The notes: generated by a model from the sequence alone, not told the origin. Positions 10,583 to 22,978 are shown, counted from the stretch's first letter. The stretch is DNA of 64,000 bases from an uncultured Phycisphaerales bacterium (GCA_963758525.1 CAVWVQ010000003.1:2176001-2240000); one strand, 5' to 3'. A program made the numbers and translations.

Positions 10583-13517
10583 TCAGCGAGTTGTCGGCGC
10601 GGCGGCACCGACATGGCCCGCCATTGGTTCGGGCATTCTGGTCAACTGACTACGCTCGGGTGGCGACTCGACGAGTTGCGGTAATAGCGGAAACCCAGCA
10701 CCTGCGTCTCGTGCCTGCGCCTGGAAGGCATGCCACGCCCTGTCGACGGTCTGGCGGAATTCTTCGCGGAAGCGCTCGGGTGAAAACCGCTCGGCGTTCA
10801 GACGGATTGCCGCGGCGTCCCACGGGCCGGCGGCTTCGAACGCGTTGACTGCGGCAATGATGGCTTCGACGGATTGCTCGTTGAAGAATATCCCCGTCCG
10901 GCCCGGCAGAACGCTTTCGCTTACCCCGCCGGCGGAGTAGGCGATCACCGGCGTTCCGCAGGCCTGCGCCTCCACCGGCGCGATCCCGAAATCCTCCTCG
11001 GCGGCAAACACGAACGCACGGGCATGTTGCAGGTAATTGGTCAGCCGATCCTGCGGCTGATGCCCCACCATCCGCACGTTGAACGTCGCGCGGGCGTGCA
11101 GCTTTGCAAACTCGGGTCCGTCTCCGACGACCACCAGCTTCTTCTCGGGCATGCGGGCAAACGCCTCGACGATCAGATCGATCCGCTTGTAAGGCACCAG
11201 CCGCGACGCGGTCAGGTAAAAGTCGCTCTTCTCCTCGTGCAACGCAAAATGCGTGGTGTCCACCGGCGGATAGATCGTCGTGGATTCCCGGCGGTAGGTT
11301 TTGCGGATGCGCCCGCCGACGCAGTTGGAATTGGCGACAAACAGATCGACGCGGTTGGCGGAGAACGCATCCCACTGGCGGATGTAGTGAAGCAGAATGC
11401 GGGCGCCGATGGAGCGGACGGCGCTGATCAGGCCGGGCCGTTTGAGATATTGGTTCTGCAGATCCCAGGCAAAACGCGCGGGCGTGTGGCAGTAACAGAC
11501 ATGCAACTGCGTCGGCCGGCTCAGAATCCCCTTGGCGGCGACATATGAGCTGGAGATGACAATGTCATAGGCGGATACGTCAAGCTGCTCGACGGCCAGC
11601 GGCATGAGCGGGAGATAGGCCCGGTGCATGCGCCGGGCGAAGGGCATGTGCTGGAGAAAACTGGTGTGAACCGGCTTGTTGCGAATGAAGTCGCGCTGTC
11701 CGGGGGGAAGAAAGTCAAAGAGGGCGAAAACGTCAGCATCGGGATAGATCTCCAGAATCTGCTCCACCACGCGCTCGGCGCCGCCGTAGACGTAGAGAAA
11801 GTCGTGTACGAGGGCGACGCGCGGCGCCGCCCCCGGGACGCGCGGCAGCGCCGGGGAGGGCGCAGTGGGTATCGCACGGGAGACTCCCGGGGCGCTGATG
11901 GCGGGCGGTCGCGAGACGCCGCCGGAGCGCGCGGGAGGCTGGGCGAAAACGGTGGCGGGACGCCGCGAGCGTCCGCGGCGCGGGCCGATCTGGACGGGGT
12001 GATCGCCAAACGCTACGTCACCCACCTCCGCCATGTGCGCCAGCGGACCATGACTGATATCGGCAACCTGCGCGAGGCTGTGATCGACCACCAGCCGGGA
12101 GAAGAGTGCGATGCGATGGCCCGCCGATTCCAGAAAGGTCGCGGCGGCGACTTCCACTTCCGCACGGAGTGGCCCCCCGGCGCGGCGCTGATGGATGGGG
12201 AGCATCGCCTTGGCGGTTTCGCAATGATCCAGATCGCCGTCCCCGCGCCGCCAGTGGAGAATGCGCGGGGTTCCGTCGCGATTGACCAGCGGGACGGTCA
12301 GCGCGACAAAATCGAACATCTCGGCGGCGACGCAGAGCTGCGCCCACCAGGCGTCGAAAGTGGTGACGAGCTTGAAGCGCGTCTGCATTTCGTCGAAGAC
12401 GCTGCGATAGCGGCGCGATTCGCGTCCGATGGCGCGGTTGCGGCGCAGGGCGGTAAGCGTTTCGTGCAGCCGGGTTGAACCGGCGGTGCGGAAGACCAGC
12501 CCGAGCCCGACCGCCAGGACAGTCAGCGCGCCGGCCATCGCCAGGCCGCCCCAATAGAGCACCGCCAATCCGACCGCCGCGCCGATCACGGTCAACGCAT
12601 AGATCAGGAGGACGGCCTGCAACTGCGTAAGGCCCTGATCAAGGAGGTTGTGATGAATGTGACCGCGCTCGGCGGCGAAGAGGGAACGACGCTGCAGGAC
12701 AGCGCCGCACCAGCGTGAGTCCGGCGTCTGAAAGCGGAATCGACAGCGCCAGCGCCGGAACGACGATTCCCAGCGTCGTGCCGCCGTGCACGGCGCACAT
12801 GACGCTCGACGCGGCAAGCATGTAGCCGATAAACATGCTGCCGCTGTCGCCCATGAAGATTTTCGCGGGGTAGAAATTGAAGATGAGAAATCCGCTGAGG
12901 CTTCCGACCAGACAGACGCACAAGACGGCGACCACCGGATCGCTGTGAAAGCGCGAGGCGCTGATGGAGAGCACCGTGGCGGCGATCGCGACAACGCCGG
13001 CGGCCAGACCATCGAGGCCGTCGATGAAGTTGATGGCGACGGTCACCCCGACGACCCACAGAATCGTCAGCGGCCAGGATGCAAGGCCCAGATCCAGCGT
13101 GTGGTGGCTGCTGAGTTGGACGGCATGAATCCGCACGCCTGCCGCGCAGAGGGCCACCCCGGCGCCCAGCAGCGCGACCAGCTTATAGGTCGCGGGCAGA
13201 TCGAAGACGTCGTCGGCCAATCCCACCAGCGCGATGAAGAACGCGGAGCCCAGCAGTGTGGTCAGACGACTGTGATCCAGAACGTCATTGAGCCTGATAA
13301 TATCGGTGAAGAGCAGCAGCGGGACCAGCACCACGAACATGGATGAGGAGATGGCGACGCCGCCAATGCGCGGAGTGGGAAGCGCGTGAATCTTCCGCGC
13401 GTTTGGCATGTCGACGATGCCCCATCGCCGCGCCAATTGCCCCACGAGCGGGGTCAATACAACCGCAGCGAGAAACGTGCCGAAATAGCACAATGAATAG
13501 GCGGTGGTGACGCCCAT
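10583..13517 (-). CDS. WecA/MraY-like polyprenyl-phosphate sugar-1-P transferase fused to a C-terminal GT4 glycosyltransferase (apparent frameshift near 12700)
   Basis: RKIHALPTPRIGG, NFIDGLDGLA, FNFYPAKIFMGDSGS; then ERGHIHHNL and, in the same frame, VHDFLYVYGGAERV...EEDFGIAPVEAQACG. Confidence 0.8.
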
Positions 13518-13654
13518 AATAACTCTCTTCCAGAGCCGCCAGCGGACGTGGCGACGATCTCACGGCGCACTCCGTCCCCGTCGGTGCACGACGCTGCTCA
13601 GTATGACCCCAATCTGGCGTTTGACAACCGGTCATTAAACGCCAAAGGAGTCTG

Positions 13655-16256
13655 CTATGGTCCGTGGGCGTCGTCGCGATGCGACTCCGCGTCGGAAATC
13701 AATTGCTCCGCGCCGGGAAAATGCGGCTGCAGCCGCAGGCAAATTGATGCTTCCTCGACCGCTTCGCGGGAGCGACCGGCGGCGAGGAGGGCCCTGGCGA
13801 GATTCATCCGCCAATCTGAGCGATCATACTCTTTAACCAACGCGTGCTGATAATATTCGATCTCCCGGTTCAGATCATGTTCAGAACCGTATATCGCGGC
13901 GAGCGCTGCCAGATCGGCGCCGGAGGCGTCGGGGTTTTCACATGCGGATTCGAGTTGCGAACGGCGCAAGGCCGTGGACCTGACCTTTGTTTCGGACGCG
14001 AGCTTTGCAAAATCCGCACGATCGGTTTCCGCTAGCAGAAGCTGAACAATCTCATCCAGGCGGTCGGGATTGTCCCCCGCCAGTTGAATCGCCAGGTCGG
14101 GTCGCTTTGCCTCGTGCACCAGAATTGACAGAACATTGGCGGGCACAATGGGCGGCGGCGGCTGGCCCTCCAGCGTGAGATAATGGCGGCACACCGCCAG
14201 GGCGCTCGGCAGATCGCCAATCTTGACGAACATCGAAGCCGCGATCTCTGCCACCCATGGGTTGTTACGGGCAGTTTCGTTGGAAATTCGGATGGCGTCC
14301 GCTCCGCGCGGATCGTCCAGGACCTGGAAGGAAATCATGCCACCCAGCGATGCCGGCAGCCCGTAGGTCGGACAGAGCCGGCGAGTGGCGTTGAAGTCGT
14401 CGACGAGGCGTTTGAGTATGCTGCGATCAGCTTCGCTGAAGGCATCGTCCGGCAAATGGGGATCGTGCCGGCGAAGCACTTCGTTCCATTGATAGAGTCC
14501 GAGCCAGTAGCGGTACTCGACGTTCTCCGGGTCGATTTGTGCGGCCGACCATGCGGAATTGGTCATGCGGGCATAGGTGGAGTCTGACCCCTGCCACCCG
14601 TTCTTGATGACCGGCTCAGCAACGCGCTGAGCATCCAGATATGCCGCGGTGGAACGGCGCGAACGATCCGCGGCGAGCAGCCCCCAGGCAAATACAGCTA
14701 AGACCGATGCCAGCAAGGCCCAGCGTGCCGCCGTGTGCAGATACGCTGGTTGAGGCGAAAACACGGGCGGTTCCGCAGGGTCGTGGCGTCCGCGGTGATG
14801 AAGGCGGGCGATCGAAACGATGAGAGACAGCACGATCGAAAATAAAATCGCGTCCGCCAACAGGTGTTGGCCGAAGTCGGCGCAGCTCTGGATATTGACC
14901 GCGAGAACCGCCAGTCCCAACCCGTAGACTGCAGCGTGGAGCGGGCGCTCCGGACGCCGAACAAGTCGGGAAATGGTCGCCCAGATCATTGCCAGGAAGC
15001 AGATCACCAGAGAGAGCCCGGCGACGCCGGTTTCTTCCAGCATCTGCGCAAATTCGTTCTCGGCGTGCGTGTAGTTGTAGATGGACGGGAAGCTGATGAA
15101 TGAGGGATAGACCCACATGTGAGTCCCCAGGCCGGTTCCAAAAACGGGGAAACTCCGCCATTCGACCAGAATATCCTTCACCATCTGCCATCGCCCGCCG
15201 GAGACCTGCACCGGGTGGCGAAGGGTGACCAGGCGGCTGGTGAACGATTCAAATCCCGCCATCAGAATGAGCGTGAAAACAACCGCCGCCAGCGACAGCG
15301 CTGTCCAACCTGCCTTGGTCCGGCCCCAGCGTCGCCCGACGGGGATCAACGCCGCGCACAGCGCAACCGTCAGCGCTAAAGCTCCGCCGCGGCTCCTCGA
15401 CAAATAAACGCTCGCAATGCCGATGGCGACAAAAGCTCCGAGGCAGATCAAGCCGATCGTTTCGCGTTGGAGCATGCCGCCGTTGGGCGCAATCCGCGGC
15501 TTGTGCCCAGCGCCTTTCCTCCAGCAGAACCAGCAGCAGGGCAATCCCGCAACCCACCATCACGTTCATGAACTGACAGTAGGTATTGTAGTGGATGAAG
15601 GGGCCGGCGGTCGCCTTTCGAATGTATGCGTCTTCAAGTATCCAGTAGACCTTGTCCGTCCCGCTGACGTCCTGCGCCAGTGCCAGAAGGCTTACCAATC
15701 CTCCCACGACACAGAGACCCGCCAGCAGACGCTTCACGCGACGGCTGGTGCTGAAGACATTCAGGCAGACGATATAGATCGCCACGATTGCCAGCAGGAG
15801 CCGAAGGTCGTGAAGCGTGGCCCAGGAATAGAAGCTGATCGGCATGGTGCGCGGGGGCGACGCGGAGATGTCGGAGAGAAGATGGGTCTTGAGAGCGACG
15901 GTTCCGGGTGAGAGAAAACGGATCACCCCCAGCGGCAGCGGCAATAGCTGGAAGCAAACCAGGAGCAGAAACAGCGCGATGGGAACGTAGGTCCACGACC
16001 AGATGAACGGCGTTTGGGGATAAAGCAGGAGCTTGAGGCAAAAGCAAATCGTCGTGAGAGCCACGACCGCGATGACGATTTGCTCGCTCCACGGCTCAAC
16101 TGCGCCGAACGCGGCAGGCGCGAACAGCGCCAATCCGATTAACAGCAGTTCAATGGTACGGTCGAAGAGCGTGTCGCTGCTGCCCGGCGGATCAACCGCC
16201 CCGGCGCGGCGGTGGTGATGGCGCGGCGAGCTCGGCGCCGCTATCCTGCTCGACAT
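13655..16256 (-). CDS. O-antigen ligase family protein with C-terminal TPR region (apparent frameshift near 15505)
   Basis: AFGAVEPW, GPFIHYN, SRSRGG, FGTGLGT, HAENEFAQMLEETG; C-terminal TPR-like helices. Confidence 0.8.
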
Positions 16257-16338
16257 TGCACGCACCTTTTCCCACGCAATCCCTCTCAACCCTCACCAAC
16301 AGCAGCATGCGGATCGGTCACTTGCCGCGGCCTCGAAG

Positions 16339-18699
16339 TCAGGTCAAATCCCCATTGTGCGCAGCTTCGGCTTCCACGGCCGGCTCCGCGCCGTTGACCG
16401 GTCCTGCGGCATCCTTTTCCGGAGTTGATCGGCTCTTGTGACCGCCATAACCGTATTGGTAATAGCCGGCGTCGTAATAGCCCCGGCCGCGCGACAGACC
16501 ATTGATCAGGACACCGAGAATGTTGGTCCCCACACTCTGCAAAACATCACGGGCGAACACGCTGACCTTGCGGGTCGATTTCTCGGCGCGAACGACAAAG
16601 ACGGTGGCATCGCAGACTGCTCCCAGAATGCGGGCGTCGGTCACAGGCATGACCGGAGGAGAGTCTACGACGACATGGTCATATCGCTTGCTCAGCTCCT
16701 GCAGCAGATCGGCAAATGCCTGGCTATTGAGGATTTCAGCCGGATGTGACGGGGTCGGACCGCAGGGAAGCAGATCCACGCCCTTGATTCCCGTCGGCTT
16801 GATCGCCTGCTGGAGCGTGGCGGAGCCGTTCAAAACGTTGGTGCAACCGATCACGTTTTCCTGCTCGAAAATGCGATGCTGATTGGGCCGGCGGAAGTCC
16901 GCATCGAGAATCAGCGTCTTCTGGCCCGCCTGCGCCATTACGATTGCCAGGTTGCTGGCAGCAGTTGACTTGCCGTCGCCGGGAAGCGGCGAAGTGACCA
17001 GCAGCGTCTTTGCCTGCGAGTCGGGCATGCCGAAATAAATTGCCGTGCGAATCGCGCGACAAGCTTCGGCGAAATCGGAAACCGGCTGCAGATGTGCCTT
17101 TTGTCCGCGAACGTTGATCGCCTCGCGCCCGGAGATCTGCGGTACAGCGCCCAGGATCGGCAGATTGAGGCTGCTTCCCACGTCTTCCGCGGAGCGAAAG
17201 CGCTGGTCCATCCAGCCGTTGAGGAAGGCAAGACCAAGTCCAAGACTCAGGCCCAGCATCAGCGCGATACCGATCGTCTTGGGCTTCTGCGGCTTGCTCG
17301 GGGCAATCGCCGGCCGGCCCACTTCCAGGATCGAGATGTTCATCGAGAGCTGAGAGTCCTGGCCGATGTGAAGCTCCTTCATGCGAGAATCGAGCGCATT
17401 GCACAAATCTTCGGCTCGATGAAAATCCGCCACCAGCAACGCGTAGGCGGCCGCTTTGTTATTACTGGCGATCGCGCGTGCACGCTGCGCGTCGTAGCTC
17501 TTGCCAAACGACTCCTGAAGCGACTGAGCCTTGGTCTCCGACAGGCGCCAGCGCGATTCGGCCGTGCCGAGATACGAGTCGGCAAAGCTCTTTTCCGCGG
17601 GTGTCATCGAACGTCCGCCAACCCCCCGCGACGCGGTCGCTCCCATCGCGCCCAACTGCGCTTCCACGCGGGCGATCTGGCGCTGCACCCGCTGCACGTC
17701 GGGATGATCTGGAAGCAGCCGCAAACGAAGATCGTCGAGCTGCGCCTGCAATGCGTTCCATTCGGCGCGAAGCTGAGCCTCTTCGGGATTGATCGATTGC
17801 GCCGAATCATTGAATGCTGCAGCCGGATTGCTCATCAACCGCTCGGCCGCCATCAACTGCCGCAGTTTGACCGGATCGGAGACGTAGGTTTTGGCCATCA
17901 GATAGCTGGCGTGGTCCTCGGCTTCGCTGAGCTGCGCGGCCGTCAGGGCGGCGTTGATCCCGCTCAGTTGCTGCACTTCGACGCTCTGGTTGTTGTCGCC
18001 GTGCTCGTCGAGCTGCACATCGCTGTTCTGCTCGCGATATGCAAGCATCGCCTGCATCTTCTGGTCGCGCTCTTTTTCCCGGTCCTGAAATTCATTTTCC
18101 AGAATCTTGAGGACTTCGCCCGTAGTCGACTTCCGCGCCTCAGCAGTGTAGGTCTGGTATGCATCGACGATCGCATTCACCGCCTGGGCAGCGTCTTCCG
18201 GCGAGGGGGATTCGCACGACACCGTGATGATATCGTTCATCTTCCCCAATTCGACAGCCAAAGAGCCCTTTAGCACGCTGACGGGACTGTCGCTCATCTC
18301 AAACGATCGGACGTGACGACTCCGCAACTGGTCGGCGGCGATGTTCAGGATGGAGCTGGACTTGATGATCTCAACCTGCGTGGCCAGGTAATAGGCGTCC
18401 TGCGGGCCGTTCTGCGAAACCCCGTCATTGTTCAAATACTTCGGTGTGCTCTGGGCCACGTAGATTGACGACGAACTCGAATACAGCGGTGTGGTGCTTT
18501 GCAGATAAAGCACTGCGGCTCCAACGGCCACCACGACCGATGCGAGGATGATCCAACGTCCGCGCCAGAAAATTTCCAGCAATTCTCCCTTGGAGCCCTC
18601 GGTCGCGCTTGGGGGCATCTGCCCCTGAGCCTCTGAGGCTTCGCGAGGCTTGCTGGGATAGATGGACTCGCTTGTGTTGACCTCGCCGAACGTATCCAC
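16339..18699 (-). CDS. wzc: Polysaccharide co-polymerase / tyrosine autokinase (Wzc/CapB-like)
   Basis: Wzz-like N-terminus, coiled coil, TSPLPGDGKST Walker A, DADFRRP, VVDSPP, Tyr-rich tail YYDAGYYQYGY; GTG start after GGAGG. Confidence 0.9.
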   Translation of the reverse strand: MDTFGEVNTSESIYPSKPREASEAQGQMPPSATEGSKGELLEIFWRGRWIILASVVVAVGAAVLYLQSTTPLYSSSSSIYVAQSTPKYLNNDGVSQNGPQDAYYLATQVEIIKSSSILNIAADQLRSRHVRSFEMSDSPVSVLKGSLAVELGKMNDIITVSCESPSPEDAAQAVNAIVDAYQTYTAEARKSTTGEVLKILENEFQDREKERDQKMQAMLAYREQNSDVQLDEHGDNNQSVEVQQLSGINAALTAAQLSEAEDHASYLMAKTYVSDPVKLRQLMAAERLMSNPAAAFNDSAQSINPEEAQLRAEWNALQAQLDDLRLRLLPDHPDVQRVQRQIARVEAQLGAMGATASRGVGGRSMTPAEKSFADSYLGTAESRWRLSETKAQSLQESFGKSYDAQRARAIASNNKAAAYALLVADFHRAEDLCNALDSRMKELHIGQDSQLSMNISILEVGRPAIAPSKPQKPKTIGIALMLGLSLGLGLAFLNGWMDQRFRSAEDVGSSLNLPILGAVPQISGREAINVRGQKAHLQPVSDFAEACRAIRTAIYFGMPDSQAKTLLVTSPLPGDGKSTAASNLAIVMAQAGQKTLILDADFRRPNQHRIFEQENVIGCTNVLNGSATLQQAIKPTGIKGVDLLPCGPTPSHPAEILNSQAFADLLQELSKRYDHVVVDSPPVMPVTDARILGAVCDATVFVVRAEKSTRKVSVFARDVLQSVGTNILGVLINGLSRGRGYYDAGYYQYGYGGHKSRSTPEKDAAGPVNGAEPAVEAEAAHNGDLT

Positions 18700-19168
18700 G
18701 CTTATCCTCCAAAGGCGCTGTCCGCGCAAAAGTACTTCCGGATCAAGATTCAGGATTGATGTGCGAATTTCCGCCGCTACTACTCTACGTCGTGAAGCGG
18801 GCGAGGTGCGAAAAAAACGATTTCACGGCGAAATAAAAATTGGCTCGGAAGTCAGGTCTGACCATTCCGAGCCAATGAGATTTCAAGAATGTTGTATCGG
18901 TCCTTAGCCTTACATCGAAGGCTGCCGCAACATTATCGGACCGACGCACAGGCAGTCGGCTCCATAATCCAACACTAGTGTGTCGGGTTTGTTCCGGTAC
19001 CCGGATCACCCGTGCCGCCGCCAGTGTGCAGGCCGGCAAGGCTTTTCTGGGCTGAAACGAACAACACTGCCGCAACTACCAAAAGAATCCACTTAGATAC
19101 CTTCATGATGAATCTCCAATGTTCCGTTATCGTCTTTCAATGACGGGATTTTCCCAAAATTTTCGACA

Positions 19169-20071
19169 TCAGGCAACAACTGCGAAACGGCGGGTGCGAC
19201 GCCCGAGCAGAGCAACTCCTGCGACACCCAAAAGGCCCAAGCTGGCAGGCTCGGGAACTGACGAAGCACCGGTCGCCGTGATGACATAGTTGTCAAAGGC
19301 GGCAGTTGCGCTCGTCGGATCGGTCCCGCCCGTGCTGCCACCAAAGAGGTAGCCGGCATAGAAGCTTGATGCGGAGAAAGTGCTGCTGTACATGGCGCTG
19401 ACTGGCCCGCTGACGGTCTCGGTAACGCTGCCGGTTGTGAAATTAAGGGCAACGGTCAAATGAGCGTAGGTGCCAGCCGCAAGTGTCGGATCGCCGGCGA
19501 AGATGTTGTATCCGGTCGTGGGGTCGAGCAGAACCAGTTCGCCCGAAGTCGCGTCAACGCCAACGCCACCGAGCAAAGCCGCGCCGTTATTGCCAACCAA
19601 CCTGAGGCCCAGGAAAGGCCCGTCGACGGTGGACGGGTCCGCCCCGGTGCTGGTGTAGGAAATATCAGTGCTGACGGTCACAAGCGGTCCATCGATGGCA
19701 ACAATATTGTTGCCAGGCGTCGCCAGCGGGGGCACCGCGTACAGGGGCGAATAACCCACGTCCCCGTCCGCGGCAGTCCAAGTAACAACCGCAGCGTTAT
19801 TGGTCGCATCACCGACCGTGACGCCAGTTCCTGCACCAGCGGTGACAGTCGAGTGTGCGGTGGTGGAATTCGTGCCCAAGCTGCCAAACGCCTGTCCGGC
19901 AGCGGGCTGATTGTAAAGATTTGAACCGGTCGTGTAACCGGCGGTGCTCGAGAAACTGTTGCTGTCAAAGACAGTAGTCGCACGCGCGGTCTGTGTCGAC
20001 AACGACCCGATAGCCAAAGCGGCGGCAGCCATCAGGGCCGACCGACGAACCATTCGTTGAATCCTAAGCAT
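19169..20071 (-). CDS. PEP-CTERM sorting domain protein, Thr/Ser/Gly-rich
   Basis: Signal peptide; C-terminus VPEPASLGLLGVAGVALLGRRTRR; GGAGG before ATG 20071. Confidence 0.9.
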   Translation of the reverse strand: MLRIQRMVRRSALMAAAALAIGSLSTQTARATTVFDSNSFSSTAGYTTGSNLYNQPAAGQAFGSLGTNSTTAHSTVTAGAGTGVTVGDATNNAAVVTWTAADGDVGYSPLYAVPPLATPGNNIVAIDGPLVTVSTDISYTSTGADPSTVDGPFLGLRLVGNNGAALLGGVGVDATSGELVLLDPTTGYNIFAGDPTLAAGTYAHLTVALNFTTGSVTETVSGPVSAMYSSTFSASSFYAGYLFGGSTGGTDPTSATAAFDNYVITATGASSVPEPASLGLLGVAGVALLGRRTRRFAVVA

Positions 20072-20379
20072 TAACGCCTCCAAGAAAGGCGAGACACGCT
20101 CGCCGACTTCGTGCATTTCAGACCCATTCGACCCCAAAATCAGCCGGGCACACGCCACAACCGAGTTTTGCCGCGAAAGAAACCTAGAAGACACCATCCA
20201 TCGGCGCCTGCAATCTTTTCGCAGCCATTGACATTAGTTAAATTACTCGAAGCTGAAACAAAAGCAAGGAAAAAGCTTTAAAATTTTCTGTGGTGCCTTT
20301 GACTAGACATCCCACTCAGAACGAGGCGGGTTATCGCTGGTAAATACTTATAGATCATTTAGATAACAATTAAGTTGCG

Positions 20380-21033
20380 CTACCCCGCATTGGTCGTCGG
20401 CGGGGTATGCGGCAAGGGGAAGCGCGCTTCTAACGGAGAACGAAGTACACCAGACCGTTCCAAATGGTATTGGTAAGTTTCCCATTTTCCCTGCTCCGCG
20501 TAGATGGTCGCCAATAACGCGTGAGCCGTTTCGTTGGTCGGCTCGGATTCGACGACCCTCAGCAGATTCTGCTCTGCCCGCTCCACCATCACAGGCGTTC
20601 GCGACGGAGCCGCGAGCAATTGTTGCGCGACGAACAGCCGCGCCGGCACATACCCTGGCCGATCTGACGGGGTGAGCCGCGCGAACAATTCCGCAGCCTC
20701 GCGCTGCCGCCCCACCCCCGCCAGACTCACCGCCAATCCGAATTCATTGGCCGGGTCCTCCGGCTCGTCCGCCAGGAGGCGCTGGTAGCAAACGGTCGCC
20801 AGCGAAAAATCACGGTCCGCCATCGCGTGCTCTCCCAATTCGCGGTACCAGGGAAGAACGTCGTTTGGAGACCGCGAGGCAATGATCGCCGCCAGCGCCA
20901 CACTGGTGGTAAGCGCAATGATTGCCGGTGCGGCCGCGAGCCATCGCCAAACCGCGGATCCCCCGCGCGGCGCATTCTCCACCCGGATTGCGCGGCGGCG
21001 CGGCGCGGGGGAAGGTCTGTTTACCTCAGTCAC
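20380..21033 (-). CDS. Membrane-anchored TPR protein
   Basis: N-terminal TM then TPR-like repeats (YQRLLADEPEDP, ESEPTNETAHALLA); overlaps exosortase stop. Confidence 0.65.
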   Translation of the reverse strand: MTEVNRPSPAPRRRAIRVENAPRGGSAVWRWLAAAPAIIALTTSVALAAIIASRSPNDVLPWYRELGEHAMADRDFSLATVCYQRLLADEPEDPANEFGLAVSLAGVGRQREAAELFARLTPSDRPGYVPARLFVAQQLLAAPSRTPVMVERAEQNLLRVVESEPTNETAHALLATIYAEQGKWETYQYHLERSGVLRSPLEARFPLPHTPPTTNAG

Positions 21034-22790
21034 TTTGCCTCCACCTGCTGAACCAGTTGTCTGGCAAATTCCGCGCGGGTCGCCAGAAAAAGACTTTCGA
21101 TCTGCTTCTTCTCGTCAGCTCCGGGCGCCTGGAACCCCTGAGCCAGCACCTGCACCTGGTATGCCTGCGGCGCCTTGGCTCGCTGATAGGAGAAATACAT
21201 CGCCAGCCTCAGTCCCCGCACGTCTCCGATGGTGTCGGCGGTGAGCCACCGCCCCTGTTCGTCGCAACATCCGTATAACAGATACGCGTATGCCGGCGAC
21301 GGCCGGTCCATCTCCATCTCCATATAGGCGCCGTCGGCCCCACTCACGTCTGATTTGCCCCGAGGAGTAGCGCGTGCGAGCTGCCAACCGGACGCCTGAT
21401 AACATGTTGCCAGCTCGTGGTACCCCGGAAACGGGTAGTCGAATGCGATCAGGACGCTGTGCGACCCCCGCCGGTAGTTCCAAATGGACGAATATTGCCC
21501 AAGCACTTCCGGCCGTCCGATGACCTGCTCGCTCCCTTCCACGCGTTCCCAGCCGGCGAGGGTCGCCGGCAGGTTGAACCTGGCCGACGCACCCAGACTC
21601 GGAGCCACCCAAAGTCCAGCGACGCGATACTCCGCAAATCCGCCGAGTAGCGCAAACGCCCCGGCAGCACACCAAGCCAGCGCGACAAAATACCTTCCGC
21701 CGGTCCTCCTTGAGACGGTGAGAGTGGAGGCCGTTTTGGCGCTCGACGCTGATTTGCGCCCGCTGCTGCTGCCCCCCCCGTGATTATTTAGGGAAGAGGC
21801 GGGCATTGGCGCTGGGTCATTTGACTTGGACGTCGCGCCGTTCTCGTCGCTGGCCCGGCGCCCGGGGCTGAGGATGTCGAGGAACTGATCCAGACTTGCC
21901 GCCAGCCCGATGCAGATAAGAAACAGCACCAGACCTAAAAGCTCGTGGGCAGATCCGGAGAGGATGTCGATCTTCCAGTCGATGATCAGATACGCCCCCA
22001 GGGCGATTCGGAGGATATTGGCCCATACTACAAAGATGATTGAACAGATCATCAGTGCCGCGATCCGCCACGCCGGCCTGCGCCAATAGAAACCGAGCAT
22101 CAGCGTCACCGCAACAACGGCCATGAGCGAATGAATTCCGCTGCAGGCGTCTTCAACGCCGAGACGATGCCCGGAGATATTGATGAGCGTTCCGGTCAGC
22201 ACGTGAGGAATCTGCACGAGGTCGAGCACACGTCCGCTGGCCCAGACTGCCCATTGCCGCAGCGTCAGGGCGATCGTCTCGTCCTTCTTCATCGGCGGCG
22301 GAATGATCGTCAGCAGCAGCACGAGGGAGGGCGACACCACGCGCAACAGCCTGAATCCGCCGATCCAGCAGACGCAGCCCGCCAGGGCCAGCCATGCCGA
22401 GACCCCGCCGAGCCAGCGGACCAGAAAGAGCACGCCCGCCGCCAGCGCGAGAAATGCGAGGGCCAGCACGATTGCGCCGACGACGCGCGATCTGCCATCC
22501 TGCTCGATGGCAGGCGCGTCTCGCAGCCGGTCCCAGGCCAAATATGCCGCGCCAATCAGAATCAGCGGGAAAAAGTCATATTGCGGGCGCGTCCACAAAT
22601 CGGCGAAGAACTTGATCAACAGCGGCAGCTCGCCGAGCAAAACGCAGAGCGTCAGCAGCGCATTTAGATCCCACCGCCCCGGCCACGGCGCTGTTCGACC
22701 CCGGTGCTGGCATTGATCGTGGACAATGGTATCTGGCCCTCCGCGGCGTTGGGCGCACCGCTCGCCGCGCGCACGGCCTGCCTGCCGCAT
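21030..22790 (-). CDS. Exosortase (XrtU-like) with C-terminal extracytoplasmic EpsI-like domain; start uncertain
   Basis: Triad motifs VEDACSGIHSL (Cys), ANILRI (Arg), HELLG (His). Confidence 0.88.
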   Translation of the reverse strand: MRQAGRARGERCAQRRGGPDTIVHDQCQHRGRTAPWPGRWDLNALLTLCVLLGELPLLIKFFADLWTRPQYDFFPLILIGAAYLAWDRLRDAPAIEQDGRSRVVGAIVLALAFLALAAGVLFLVRWLGGVSAWLALAGCVCWIGGFRLLRVVSPSLVLLLTIIPPPMKKDETIALTLRQWAVWASGRVLDLVQIPHVLTGTLINISGHRLGVEDACSGIHSLMAVVAVTLMLGFYWRRPAWRIAALMICSIIFVVWANILRIALGAYLIIDWKIDILSGSAHELLGLVLFLICIGLAASLDQFLDILSPGRRASDENGATSKSNDPAPMPASSLNNHGGGSSSGRKSASSAKTASTLTVSRRTGGRYFVALAWCAAGAFALLGGFAEYRVAGLWVAPSLGASARFNLPATLAGWERVEGSEQVIGRPEVLGQYSSIWNYRRGSHSVLIAFDYPFPGYHELATCYQASGWQLARATPRGKSDVSGADGAYMEMEMDRPSPAYAYLLYGCCDEQGRWLTADTIGDVRGLRLAMYFSYQRAKAPQAYQVQVLAQGFQAPGADEKKQIESLFLATRAEFARQLVQQVEAK

Positions 22791-22882
22791 GGTAACTACT
22801 TATTATCGGACAGCTCAGCGCATACCTCGAAGATGCGCAGTTTCAAGCATCCCCGATTTTCAGAGGCCTATCATCCAATATT

Positions 22883-22906
22883 GTAGTGCGGGCATCCAGC
22901 CTGCCC
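22883..22906 (+). repeat. GTAG-type REP-like unit
   Basis: GTAGTGCGGGCATCCAGCCTGCCC. Confidence 0.45.
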
Positions 22907-22950
22907 TCTTGTCTTCGCAAACCCAGTTTGCTGCTTCTCCTGGCGAATAC

Positions 22951-22978
22951 TTGACACGTGTTGCAACGCGGCTATTTT
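22951..22978 (+). promoter_or_regulatory. Putative sigma70 promoter of the OmpH gene
   Basis: TTGACA-16 nt-TATTTT; spacer contains near-palindrome CGTGTTGCAACGCG. Confidence 0.45.

Noticed and set aside
18730..19165. ops/JUMPstart element or riboswitch in the wzc leader
   Set aside because: No GGCGGTAG match or recognisable riboswitch consensus seen; would need an Rfam scan
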